NCBI GenBank assembly: GCA_963664815.2
Contig: CAXXHB010000003.1
Coordinates: 1,248,001 to 1,312,000, forward strand
DNA length: 64,000 nt
Origin: Spirochaetota bacterium
GTDB taxonomy: Bacteria > Spirochaetota > UBA4802 > UBA5550
Direction: 5' to 3'
The position numbers were made by a program, and so were the translations under genes. The notes beneath the pieces were generated by a model. It made no database searches. It worked only from the letters and a program-made list of their open reading frames with translations, and had not been told where the DNA came from. The first letter of the stretch is position 1. The number at the start of each line of letters is the position of its first letter. Of this stretch, positions 1 to 9,380 are shown in pieces.

Positions 1-77
1 TCTGTGATTGTAATTGACTAAATTTAAGATAATTGATAAATACGACGGAATGGAATCTTTCATCAACTGAATAATAT

Positions 78-584
78 ATGTTATCCCGGAATATACAATC
101 CTGCATATTAATCTTTCTTTTATTATTTTCATTTATAATTGATCTGCATGGTGAAGATCAATATAGTAATGGAAGAAAAAACTATATCATATTGAAAAAT
201 ATGTATGACAAATGGGACTGCGGTTTATTCGGGAGCAGGAAACTTTGTGAAGACAGGCTTTATCGCTTATTGGTTGAAATGATTGATGCCGATATATTAA
301 CCGGAAGGGACTATAATATTCCGGTAAAAAATGTTTATGAAAAAAATTACTATTCAAGTGATCTTTACAACCAGAAGTGGCTTCATATTCATGGACCAGT
401 TGATGAATCCAGTATAAAAAAGTTTAAAGAGAGCGGCATTGATTATATGAAACAGGTCGAAAAAAATAAAAATTTGTATTTTCTATCCGGAAAAATAAAA
501 AAGTTCAGAATAGTTAAAGATGGTTTTGAAAGAAGTATTCATTTATATCTTGAGTCGGTCATAATAACGGATTCAATAAAGTGA
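78..584 (+). CDS. Hypothetical exported protein
   Basis: 168-aa ORF with a hydrophobic N-terminal signal-like segment; TTGACT-17-TAAATA upstream; no recognisable family. Confidence 0.6.
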   Translation: MLSRNIQSCILIFLLLFSFIIDLHGEDQYSNGRKNYIILKNMYDKWDCGLFGSRKLCEDRLYRLLVEMIDADILTGRDYNIPVKNVYEKNYYSSDLYNQKWLHIHGPVDESSIKKFKESGIDYMKQVEKNKNLYFLSGKIKKFRIVKDGFERSIHLYLESVIITDSIK

Positions 585-678
585 ATTAAATTATATCATT
601 TTACTGAATCAATCGTAAACAGCAATAGTCAGCAATTTTTATTAAAACGGTAAATCATATTTAATACAGGAGAAAGAA

Positions 679-2511
679 ATGTGCGGGATTGTCGGATACA
701 TCGGGAATAAGAGCGCTTCCGAGGTGATCATTAGTTCACTTAAAAAGCTGGAATACAGAGGGTATGATTCTGCAGGAATATCAGTCAACTGCGGAGGTGA
801 GCTTGTTACGATAAAGAAAGCCGGTAAAATTTCAGTTCTGGATTCGGTTATTGATTATGACAATCTGAAGCATTGCACTACAGGTATCGGTCATACCAGA
901 TGGGCGACTCATGGAGAACCATCCGATAGAAACGCACATCCTCACAGCGACTGCAATAATGAACTTGTAATCATTCACAACGGTATTATTGAAAACTACA
1001 AAGATCTGAAAGATGTTTTAATAGGGAGAGGTCATAAATTTACAAGTGATACAGATACGGAGGTTGTGGTTCACCTTATTGAGCATTATAAAAAAGAACT
1101 GCCATTGATTGATGCTGTTATAAAATCCCTCCGGAATGTTGAAGGGGCTTACGGACTGGTGGTAATGTCAAAGAAAACTCCCGACACGCTCATAGCCGCG
1201 AGAAAGGGAAGTCCGCTGATTCTGGGGGTTGGAAACGGGGAGATGCTCATAGCATCGGATGTAAGCGCTGTGATTGAACACACAAGGAATGTAATTTATC
1301 TTGAGGATGGGGAAATTGTAGAAGTTAAAAAGGACGGATACAAAATATTTGATCTTGATAAAAATGGCAAAACCAAAAGTATAGAATCTATTGACTGGGA
1401 CATTGCTTCAATAGAAAAACATGGTTATGCGCATTTTATGTTAAAAGAGATTTTTGAACAGCCGGAAACAATAACCAATGCCTTCAGGGGAAGGATTCTT
1501 ATCGATGATGCCATGGTTAAGCTTGATGGATTGGGTTTAAAAGATGAAGACTTCAGTAAGATTGAGAGAATAATATTTATAGCATGCGGAACATCCTGGC
1601 ATGCAGGCCTTGTGGCTGAATATCTGATTGAAGAGTATGCGCGTATCCCGGTTGAAGTGGAGTATGCAAGTGAATTCAGATATAGAAAGCCGGTACTGAA
1701 AAAGGGGGACATTGTAATTACCATAAGTCAGTCGGGTGAAACTGCAGATACGCTGGCGGCATTGAGGGAGGCGAAGGCTAAGGGGGTGAGGGTTCTTGGT
1801 ATCACAAATGTAGTTGGAAGTACTATAGCGCGGGAGTCTGACGGTGGGGCTTATATTCATGCAGGTCCTGAAATCGGAGTGGCCTCAACAAAAGCCTTTA
1901 CATCGCAGATTACGGTTATACTGTTGCTCACTGTTCTTCTTTCCAGAAGGAGTGAGATGTCATTTACTGAAGGAAGTTTAATACTTCGGGACCTTGTCAG
2001 GCTTCCCGAACTTGTAAAATCCATTCTTGCGACAAGCGAAAAAATAAAAGAAATAGCGAAGGTTTATTATAATAAGGAGAATTTTCTTTATCTTGGAAGA
2101 GGGATAAATTTTCCGGTTGCACTTGAGGGAGCGCTGAAATTGAAGGAGATTTCCTATATTCACGCTGAGGGATATCCTGCAGCAGAGATGAAACATGGTC
2201 CTATAGCTCTTATAGATCAGGAGATGCCGGTAGTGTTTATCGCTCCTAAAGATGAAATTTACAGCAAGATTATCAGTAATATGGAAGAAGTCAAGGCCAG
2301 GAAGGGGAAAATTATAGCCATAGCGACTGAAAATGATACAGATATAGTCAAATATGCTGATCATGTAATTTTTATTCCGGATGTACACAGGGCACTTCTG
2401 CCGGTTCTCTCTGTTATCCCGCTTCAGCTGCTTTCATATTTTATAGCTGTTTATCGCGGTTGTGATGTTGATCAGCCGAGAAATCTTGCAAAGAGTGTAA
2501 CTGTTGAATAA
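679..2511 (+). CDS. glmS: Glutamine--fructose-6-phosphate transaminase (isomerizing)
   Basis: N-terminal MCGIVG, LEYRGYDSAG, GHTRWATHG, SQSGETADT, C-terminal PRNLAKSVTVE; 610 aa. Confidence 0.98.
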   Translation: MCGIVGYIGNKSASEVIISSLKKLEYRGYDSAGISVNCGGELVTIKKAGKISVLDSVIDYDNLKHCTTGIGHTRWATHGEPSDRNAHPHSDCNNELVIIHNGIIENYKDLKDVLIGRGHKFTSDTDTEVVVHLIEHYKKELPLIDAVIKSLRNVEGAYGLVVMSKKTPDTLIAARKGSPLILGVGNGEMLIASDVSAVIEHTRNVIYLEDGEIVEVKKDGYKIFDLDKNGKTKSIESIDWDIASIEKHGYAHFMLKEIFEQPETITNAFRGRILIDDAMVKLDGLGLKDEDFSKIERIIFIACGTSWHAGLVAEYLIEEYARIPVEVEYASEFRYRKPVLKKGDIVITISQSGETADTLAALREAKAKGVRVLGITNVVGSTIARESDGGAYIHAGPEIGVASTKAFTSQITVILLLTVLLSRRSEMSFTEGSLILRDLVRLPELVKSILATSEKIKEIAKVYYNKENFLYLGRGINFPVALEGALKLKEISYIHAEGYPAAEMKHGPIALIDQEMPVVFIAPKDEIYSKIISNMEEVKARKGKIIAIATENDTDIVKYADHVIFIPDVHRALLPVLSVIPLQLLSYFIAVYRGCDVDQPRNLAKSVTVE

Positions 2512-2567
2512 AAACATGCTAATAAATCAGTACAGGGGAGATTTTGATAAATAAAATATTTATATTA

Positions 2568-2596
2568 TTGACACATGTTAGGGCCTGTTTTAAATT
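2568..2596 (+). promoter_or_regulatory. Sigma70-like promoter for the VOC gene
   Basis: TTGACA-17 bp-TAAATT about 50 bp upstream of the 2647 start. Confidence 0.5.
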
Positions 2597-2646
2597 TAAT
2601 CTATAAATTGTAATTATTTTTTTAAACAGTAAATGACGAGGTTAAA

Positions 2647-3018
2647 ATGATTGTTATAGAAAGTGTAAACCATATAGGTATCACTGTTTCTGATCTTGAT
2701 AAATCTATAAAGTTTTATAAAGAGTTATTTGATTTTGATGTTATTGAGAATATCAGTAATTCAGGACAGGCTTTCCTGAAAATGGGTGATATTCTTCTCT
2801 CTCTTGTTGAGATTAAAGGGTATAAAACCAGCAGTGAATCGAGGAATTGCATCTCTTTTTATGTTGATGAAGAGGATTTTGAAGACGCAATTGATGAAAT
2901 AGAAGAAACAGGAATTAAAGTGGTATTTGGGCCGGAAAATATACGAAAAGGGCAGAGAGTGGTTTTTGCAGATCCAGACGGAAATCATATTGAATTATCA
3001 TATCCGAAAATTGACTGA
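2647..3018 (+). CDS. VOC/glyoxalase family protein
   Basis: NHIGITVSDLDKSIKFY and FADPDGNHIEL motifs. Confidence 0.9.
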   Translation: MIVIESVNHIGITVSDLDKSIKFYKELFDFDVIENISNSGQAFLKMGDILLSLVEIKGYKTSSESRNCISFYVDEEDFEDAIDEIEETGIKVVFGPENIRKGQRVVFADPDGNHIELSYPKID

Positions 3019-3047
3019 TTTTTTTTTAATATTGATTTGAAATCCAG

Positions 3048-3081
3048 ACAGGGTTACCATTACAGGTAACCCTGTTTTTTT
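3048..3081 (+). terminator. Intrinsic terminator
   Basis: ACAGGGTTACC-attaca-GGTAACCCTGT perfect 11-bp stem followed by a T run. Confidence 0.85.
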
Positions 3082-3108
3082 GAATAAAATAAATTTATTT
3101 AAAAGGAG

Positions 3109-3738
3109 ATGGCCATGCTTAAAGGTATATTGCAGAGAGTAAAATTAATTCCGGTATGTGTTTTTGATGATTCTGATAGTGCGGTGAAAACAGCCGAGTT
3201 GCTTCTCAAATATGGCGTGGATGTTATTGAGGTGACATTAAGAACTGAAAACGCCTTTAACTGTATCAGGGCGATAAAACATGAGTTTAAGGATGCAATA
3301 GTCGGGGCAGGGAGCGTCCTGAATCTTTCCGATTTTAAAAAATCTGCTGATTACGGCGCGGTTTTTGCAGTTTCGCCATGTTTTGACGAATCTCTATGTG
3401 AAGAAGCTGATAAAAATGACATACCCTATATACCCGGTATATCAACGCCCAGCGAACTTTATAAAGCATTAAAGTTCTCCAGTCTTATTAAGATTTTTCC
3501 TGCAGCAGCACTCGGTGGGGTGAATTATATTAATGCCATAGCAGCTCCTTTCAGATTGTCAGATTTTGGACTCATACCCACGGGCGGAATAGACAACAAT
3601 AATTATAAAGAATATCTTGAAGCTGAAAAAGTTGTTGCATGCGGGCTATCTTACCCTGTTCATGAAAAACTACTGAAAGAGAGAAAGTTTGACAGCATTG
3701 AAAAAAGGATAAAAGAGATATATGGAGCACCCCTCTGA
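3109..3738 (+). CDS. eda: KDPG/KHG aldolase
   Basis: IEVTLRT, VGAGSV, FAVSP, KIFPA, IPTGGI motifs; 209 aa. Confidence 0.92.
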   Translation: MAMLKGILQRVKLIPVCVFDDSDSAVKTAELLLKYGVDVIEVTLRTENAFNCIRAIKHEFKDAIVGAGSVLNLSDFKKSADYGAVFAVSPCFDESLCEEADKNDIPYIPGISTPSELYKALKFSSLIKIFPAAALGGVNYINAIAAPFRLSDFGLIPTGGIDNNNYKEYLEAEKVVACGLSYPVHEKLLKERKFDSIEKRIKEIYGAPL

Positions 3739-4693
3739 TAAATCGGGTAAGGATATTGATTACCTTGTTAAATCCGCGATAGAGTGCAGAGATCGTCTAT
3801 TTCATGATTCTGAAACAGACTGTTTCCGGATTTTTAACAATACAGGCGACGGTTTCGATGGATTAACAATAGATTTCTATGCCGGTTTTATTCTTATACA
3901 GTTTTTTAATAATAAAGCTGAAGAGGTTTTAAAGAGTATAGTCCATATTTTATTGGAAGCAATTCCAGTTCCCGTAAATGCAGTATTGTGTAAAAACAGG
4001 ATGGTTCCGGCGCGCGGTGTTATTCCTGATGATTTATGGAAAAGCCGTGTAGTTGAGGGAAGTTATCCAGCTGATGGAATAATTGTTTCACAGAACAGGA
4101 TAAAAGCCCGGGTGGATCTTATTAATGGGCAGAATACAGGTATATTCCTTGATATGAGAGAGATTCGCGATATGCTTGGTTCTTTCTATGGAGCGGAATC
4201 GATTAATAGGATGTTAAACCTTTTCAGCTATACAGCACTTTTTTCAGTACATGCGTTAAAAAATGGAATCGCCAGTGCAATAAATATTGATTTATCAAGA
4301 GCTGTTCTGAACAGAGCAAAAGTAAACTATATACTTAATGATCTTAAGGTTGATTCAAGGGACTTTATATATGGCGATGCCCTTGAGTGGACAAAACAGC
4401 TGATTAAGAAAAAAACATATTTTGATTATGTGGTTTTTGATCCGCCGACCTTCGCCAGAAATAAGAAGAAAAATTTTTCAGTAAAGAAGGATTATTCAGA
4501 TTCCCTGAACATAGTTGAGTTGCTTGTTCGGGATGGATTTGTTCTCACTTCGGTAAATTCATATACTGTAACAGAAAGGGAGTACAGGTCCTATCACCCG
4601 GACTCATGGGATTTGTTAATGTTCGGCAATGAATCTTCCGATTTTATATACAGTGGTAATCATTATCTGAAGGTAGGACTCTGGAAAATTTAA
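3722..4693 (+). CDS. Class I SAM-dependent rRNA methyltransferase (RlmI/RlmK-like, apparently lacking an N-terminal PUA domain)
   Basis: GQNTGIFLDMRE, LNLFSYT, VVFDPPTF motifs. Confidence 0.85.
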   Translation: MEHPSDKSGKDIDYLVKSAIECRDRLFHDSETDCFRIFNNTGDGFDGLTIDFYAGFILIQFFNNKAEEVLKSIVHILLEAIPVPVNAVLCKNRMVPARGVIPDDLWKSRVVEGSYPADGIIVSQNRIKARVDLINGQNTGIFLDMREIRDMLGSFYGAESINRMLNLFSYTALFSVHALKNGIASAINIDLSRAVLNRAKVNYILNDLKVDSRDFIYGDALEWTKQLIKKKTYFDYVVFDPPTFARNKKKNFSVKKDYSDSLNIVELLVRDGFVLTSVNSYTVTEREYRSYHPDSWDLLMFGNESSDFIYSGNHYLKVGLWKI

Positions 4694-4806
4694 TTGAACT
4701 ACATTGTGCAGTTGAAAAAACCTTGACACGATGTAACAGTAATCCGATTATTTTTTATCCGGCAGTCCTGCACGACAGAGTTTCCTAATTAAAACCGGGG
4801 TAGTTT

Positions 4807-5754
4807 ATGATCTATTTAGCGATACTATTGATTCTTTGCGGCCTGCTGATAATTATTACCGCCTTGTTCATTGAAACAGGAAGAGCCTCAATTGCTGGCG
4901 AAAAAAAATCCGGTGGAGATAGTAGAAGTTATGAACGTTATCCCGGCGTTTCAGAGCTGGAGGATGTTGATATTATTTTACCTGGAGACCGTGTTATCCC
5001 GGTAAAAGAGTATGCTGCCGGATATCGTTCTAATAATGATAATGTAGCTGATAATAGCACAAATAATAATGAAGATATCTTTATCAGCTTTGATGATGAA
5101 CCGGCTGCGTATCATGATTCTGATGTTTATGATTCCAGGGATTTGAATAAAAGAGACAAACCACCCGGAGCGAAACATATTGTACCTGCTGAAAGTGAAA
5201 ATAATAAGCAATCGATCGTTGATGAGATAAATGAGTTTGACAGAGATGAATTTGACAGAGATGAGTTTGACAGTGAATTTGACACTATTGAAGATTTTGA
5301 TCGTGTAGATAGCTTTGAAGAGATTAAAGAGATTAAAGGAACAAAAGATTTTCATGGAAATAATGATTTAAAAAATACAGGAAAGATTGACCGTATAAAT
5401 CCGGAATCAGATGAGAATAAAACTGTATCGGCAATAATGTTTGATGACAGGTCAAATATAATAGATTATGAATCGGGCGTTGGTGTAATTGATCCGACAT
5501 TTTCCAAATATAAAAGTATAAAAAGGATCGGGAAGGGTAAAATCGAGTCAGATTATGACGGATTAAGCTTTTATATTGATGAAAAGCTTTACAGATTTGA
5601 TTTCCATAAAGTATATGACATATGGAGTGGTTTGAATTATGTAGCCCTGCCACTAAAGGGTAACAGCACTGTTAAACTGTTTATTATTGAAAATTCTCCA
5701 GGCTTTCCTGATAAGGTTGAAGCTGATTTTAAAGTATATGAAAAAGGATTGTAA
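4807..5754 (+). CDS. Hypothetical membrane-anchored protein with long acidic linker
   Basis: N-terminal TM helix, D/E-rich low-complexity middle, globular C-terminus; stop overlaps the next start (TAATG). Confidence 0.75.
   Translation: MIYLAILLILCGLLIIITALFIETGRASIAGEKKSGGDSRSYERYPGVSELEDVDIILPGDRVIPVKEYAAGYRSNNDNVADNSTNNNEDIFISFDDEPAAYHDSDVYDSRDLNKRDKPPGAKHIVPAESENNKQSIVDEINEFDRDEFDRDEFDSEFDTIEDFDRVDSFEEIKEIKGTKDFHGNNDLKNTGKIDRINPESDENKTVSAIMFDDRSNIIDYESGVGVIDPTFSKYKSIKRIGKGKIESDYDGLSFYIDEKLYRFDFHKVYDIWSGLNYVALPLKGNSTVKLFIIENSPGFPDKVEADFKVYEKGL
5233..5286 (+). repeat. Intragenic 15/12-bp tandem repeat encoding EFDRD-EFDRD-EFDS-EFDT
   Basis: GARTTTGACAGAGAT x2 followed by two 12-bp truncated copies. 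Confidence 0.8.
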
Positions 5755-6752
5755 TGTATTATAGATATAAATCTAAAAAAAAAGACAGAAAGCTTATTAA
5801 ACTGTTTTTTTTCTCCATGATTCTGTTTTCTCTCATTTATGCCGGTTATAATTATCGTTCGAAATTGATGTTTTGGAAGGTTAGTCATAACAGGATTGTT
5901 GATCAGATAAATAAAATATCAGGTGTAACTGATTCATCCGAACGTATTGAAGGATTGAAAAAGCTTGCTGAAGAGATGGAATCATATAAAAATGAAAATC
6001 CTGCAGAGCCTGATTCGTACATTTATTCATCAAAAGTCTACTACAATCTGGCGCTTGCATTATCGGGGAAAAATTTTACTGAAATGTACCTTGACGATAT
6101 GCTGCTTCAGCTTTCATCTGAACAGACAAAATGTTTTATTAAGTCGATTAAAAATATGAGTAAGGCAATTGCTCTTTTAGATGGAAAAGAGATAGAACCA
6201 CAGGATATTTTTTTACTTGGTAAAAGCTATTTCTTTACAGGTTACAGGGATAATGCTTCAATTTATTCAATGCTTAAGAATCCTTCATTATCAATAGATT
6301 TACTCTCTACAGATGATATAAGGTTTTATTCCCTGCTATGCTTGTATGAAGGCTCGGTTGATGAAGGTCTGGATCTTTTAGAAAAGAAGGGTGGCGGTGA
6401 GGATTCAATGCTCGGGAAACTTTTCAAGGCTAAAGTACTTCAGAATTCCTCGAAATTTACTGATGCGATAATAGCATTCCAGAGGATATTGAAAGTTACA
6501 GATGACCCTTATGTTCAGAAATTGTCTTATTCCAATCTTGGGAAGATATATTATAGTCAGAATTTATATAAAGAGTCAATAGATCAGTTTACAGCAGCGT
6601 TGCTTATTGGAGAAGATCCTAACTATAAAATATGGATTGGAAAGAATTACCTGGCTTTGGGTATGAAAGATAAAGCAAAAACTGTTTTCAGCGAGGCGTT
6701 GATATCAAATCCGGAGAACGAGGAGCTGAAAAAGATAATTGGTTCACTCTGA
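5754..6752 (+). CDS. Membrane-anchored tetratricopeptide-repeat protein
   Basis: Basic N-terminus plus TM helix; C-terminal TPR-like helices (SNLGKIYYSQ..., WIGKNYLALG...NPEN). Confidence 0.8.
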   Translation: MYYRYKSKKKDRKLIKLFFFSMILFSLIYAGYNYRSKLMFWKVSHNRIVDQINKISGVTDSSERIEGLKKLAEEMESYKNENPAEPDSYIYSSKVYYNLALALSGKNFTEMYLDDMLLQLSSEQTKCFIKSIKNMSKAIALLDGKEIEPQDIFLLGKSYFFTGYRDNASIYSMLKNPSLSIDLLSTDDIRFYSLLCLYEGSVDEGLDLLEKKGGGEDSMLGKLFKAKVLQNSSKFTDAIIAFQRILKVTDDPYVQKLSYSNLGKIYYSQNLYKESIDQFTAALLIGEDPNYKIWIGKNYLALGMKDKAKTVFSEALISNPENEELKKIIGSL

Positions 6753-6965
6753 GCATATTATTTTTATTTCTTTATACATATGGGGCATGTTTTACATGTT
6801 TAAAGCTTGACAAAAAATATTGAATAGCAATTTTAAATTATAAATATTATGTCATATGGAAAATGTTTAACAAATAAATCGTAACGTCTTTCCCTCTGCG
6901 ATTGATCAGTTTTAAATCAGCAGGAGGAATTTATAAAATGAAATTATTTCAGGGAGATTACTAAA

Positions 6966-7988
6966 ATGTTCGATTCTTTTTATGGAATGTTCTCAAACGA
7001 TATGGGTATTGACCTTGGCACAGCAAATACTCTTGTGCATGTCAAGGGTCAGGGGATTGTATTAAGTGAACCATCTGTTGTAGCTGTACAGACAAGTACA
7101 GGAAAGGTTCTTGCTGTTGGACATGAGGCAAAAAGGATGCTCGGAAGAACTCCCGGAGATATAGTTGCAATAAGGCCGATGAAAGATGGTGTTATTGCGG
7201 ATTTTGAAACAGTTGAAAAGATGATAAGATATTTCATTACTAAAGTTCATAAACGTAAAACCCTTGTAAGACCGCGTGTTGTTATTGGTGTTCCATCCGG
7301 TATTACTGAGGTTGAAAAGAGGGCTGTACGTGAATCAGCTGAACAGGCTGGCGCAAGGGAGATATTTCTTATAGAAGAGGCTCTTGCAGCTGCAATCGGC
7401 GCTAATATCCCAATTCATGAACCGGCAGGACATATGATCGTTGATATAGGAGGGGGAACAACTGAAATTGCTGTAATCTCTCTTGGCGGAATGGTTTTGG
7501 CTGATTCTCTCCGTATTGCAGGAGACGAATTTGATGAGGCAATAATTAAGTATATGAAGACACAGTATAACCTTATAATAGGTGAAAGAATGGCCGAAGA
7601 GGTTAAATTCCGTCTTGGTAATGTTTTCCCTGAAAAGAAAGTTGAAACTATGGATCTCCGCGGTCGTGATGCTATTTCAGGACTTCCGAGAACTCTCGAG
7701 ATAGATTCTGTTGAAATAAGAAAATCACTTAAAGAACCTGTAGAGATGATACTTGAGGGCGTCAAGCATGCGCTTGAAAGGACTCCCCCGGAACTCGCAG
7801 CAGATATAGTAGAACGCGGAATTGTTATGACCGGAGGGGGCTCCCTGCTTAAAGGCCTTGACAAATATATCAGTAAAGAAACAGGAGTTCCTGTAATTCA
7901 GGCAGAAAATCCTTTGACATGTGTTGTTCTTGGTGCCGGAAAATTCCTGGAAGAAATTAAAAATCTCTACCGTGCCAATCTGAAGTAA
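6966..7988 (+). CDS. mreB: Rod shape-determining actin homolog MreB
   Basis: [27 protein letters not shown] motifs; first gene of the mre operon. Confidence 0.98.
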   Translation: MFDSFYGMFSNDMGIDLGTANTLVHVKGQGIVLSEPSVVAVQTSTGKVLAVGHEAKRMLGRTPGDIVAIRPMKDGVIADFETVEKMIRYFITKVHKRKTLVRPRVVIGVPSGITEVEKRAVRESAEQAGAREIFLIEEALAAAIGANIPIHEPAGHMIVDIGGGTTEIAVISLGGMVLADSLRIAGDEFDEAIIKYMKTQYNLIIGERMAEEVKFRLGNVFPEKKVETMDLRGRDAISGLPRTLEIDSVEIRKSLKEPVEMILEGVKHALERTPPELAADIVERGIVMTGGGSLLKGLDKYISKETGVPVIQAENPLTCVVLGAGKFLEEIKNLYRANLK

Positions 7989-7992
7989 GAAA

Positions 7993-8880
7993 GTGGAATT
8001 TATTGAGAAACATAAGTCCTTAGTAGTATTAATTTCACTTTCGCTTTTTTGCATAATATCATTATCTGTTCAGGAAAGCGGGTTTACTCTTACATTTGAA
8101 GGCATCATAAGTGCTTTTACTGCACCTTTCCAGAAAGGATATAATGGGATTCATGGTGGTACAAGCAGGCTGTGGGCTGGTTTTACAGAACTGGACAGGG
8201 TAAAAAGTGAGCTTGAATTAACAAGAGCAAAGCTTCAGACATTTGAGGCAGCTGACGTCGAGCTGTCGGAAATTGAGAAAGAGAATGCAAAACTGAGATC
8301 TCTTCTGGGAATGAAGGCGATGCTCAAATATGATTCTATTGTCGCTTCTATTATTTCAAAAGACCCCGATAACTGGTACAGAACACTTATAATAAACCGC
8401 GGTGAAAATGATGGTATTACAGTAAATATGCCTGTTGTAGCTTACCAGGTTGTGACAAATGGAACAACTAATGAACTTGCAAAGGCTGTTGTGGGAAAAG
8501 TAGTAGAGGTGAGGAGTTCTATCTCCAGAATTCAGCCTTTAATTGCACCGGAGATTAAAATCGGTGTCAAAATCGGAGACAGCAGGTTCCCCGGTCTTTT
8601 GTCAGGATATACTTATAATTCAAATTTATGCGTTGCCAATTATATTACACGTGCAGCGCCTGTTAAATTTGGCGATTTAGTTATTACTTCAGGGCAGGCA
8701 GGTGTATTCCCGCCGGGAATAATTATCGGATCTGTTGTAAAGTCCGAATTGCTTGAAACAAGCCCTTATCAGAGGGCAATTATAAAACCATATATCGATT
8801 ATAATCTCCTTGATGAAGTTTTTATCATCAGGAAAGCTCCTGATAAAGACCTTTTTGATCTGTTTGAGGAGATAAAATGA
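7993..8880 (+). CDS. mreC: Rod shape-determining protein MreC
   Basis: TM helix plus coiled coil (ENAKLRSLL), LIINRGENDGI, VITSG..GVFPPGI; GTG start; synteny. Confidence 0.93.
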   Translation: MEFIEKHKSLVVLISLSLFCIISLSVQESGFTLTFEGIISAFTAPFQKGYNGIHGGTSRLWAGFTELDRVKSELELTRAKLQTFEAADVELSEIEKENAKLRSLLGMKAMLKYDSIVASIISKDPDNWYRTLIINRGENDGITVNMPVVAYQVVTNGTTNELAKAVVGKVVEVRSSISRIQPLIAPEIKIGVKIGDSRFPGLLSGYTYNSNLCVANYITRAAPVKFGDLVITSGQAGVFPPGIIIGSVVKSELLETSPYQRAIIKPYIDYNLLDEVFIIRKAPDKDLFDLFEEIK

Positions 8881-9380
8881 TAGTAACATATATTATTACT
8901 GCCGTAATTGTTCTGATTTCGCTGCTCATACAGAGTCATCCATCGTTTGATGTGATAAGAATTGCCGGTATTAAACCTGATCTTATTTTTATTATAGTCG
9001 TATATGTCGGGTACAGTTTCGGATCTATTCCCGGTCAGATAACCGGGTTTGCCGGAGGCTTATTTCACGATTCTGTCTCAAATTCACCCTTTGGATTTCT
9101 CGCTCTTCCGAAACTGGTTGTTGGTTTTATAGTAGGTATGATTGGAAGATCTGTTTTAAAAAGTAATATACCGACAATAATGCTGCTTTTATTTGTTTCA
9201 ACACTTCTCAAAGGGGTAATTACTTTATTTCTCAGCTATATTTTTACTCAGGGTCTTCTTTCAAGTATTATTCAGGTTATTATTCCTGAATCGCTTTATA
9301 ATGCGATTCTCGCCCCCCCCCTGTTTTTTCTTTTTGATAAAATATTTCGCGGAGAGCTGGAGAGGGAGGGTTATTTATAA
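8877..9380 (+). CDS. mreD: Rod shape-determining protein MreD
   Basis: Hydrophobic 167 aa, GIKPDL motif; between mreC and mrdA. Confidence 0.92.
   Translation: MIVTYIITAVIVLISLLIQSHPSFDVIRIAGIKPDLIFIIVVYVGYSFGSIPGQITGFAGGLFHDSVSNSPFGFLALPKLVVGFIVGMIGRSVLKSNIPTIMLLLFVSTLLKGVITLFLSYIFTQGLLSSIIQVIIPESLYNAILAPPLFFLFDKIFRGELEREGYL

Noticed and set aside
585-678. glmS ribozyme upstream of glmS
   Set aside because: The intergenic region is only 94 bp, AT-rich, and lacks the conserved AGCGCC/GACGAGG core.
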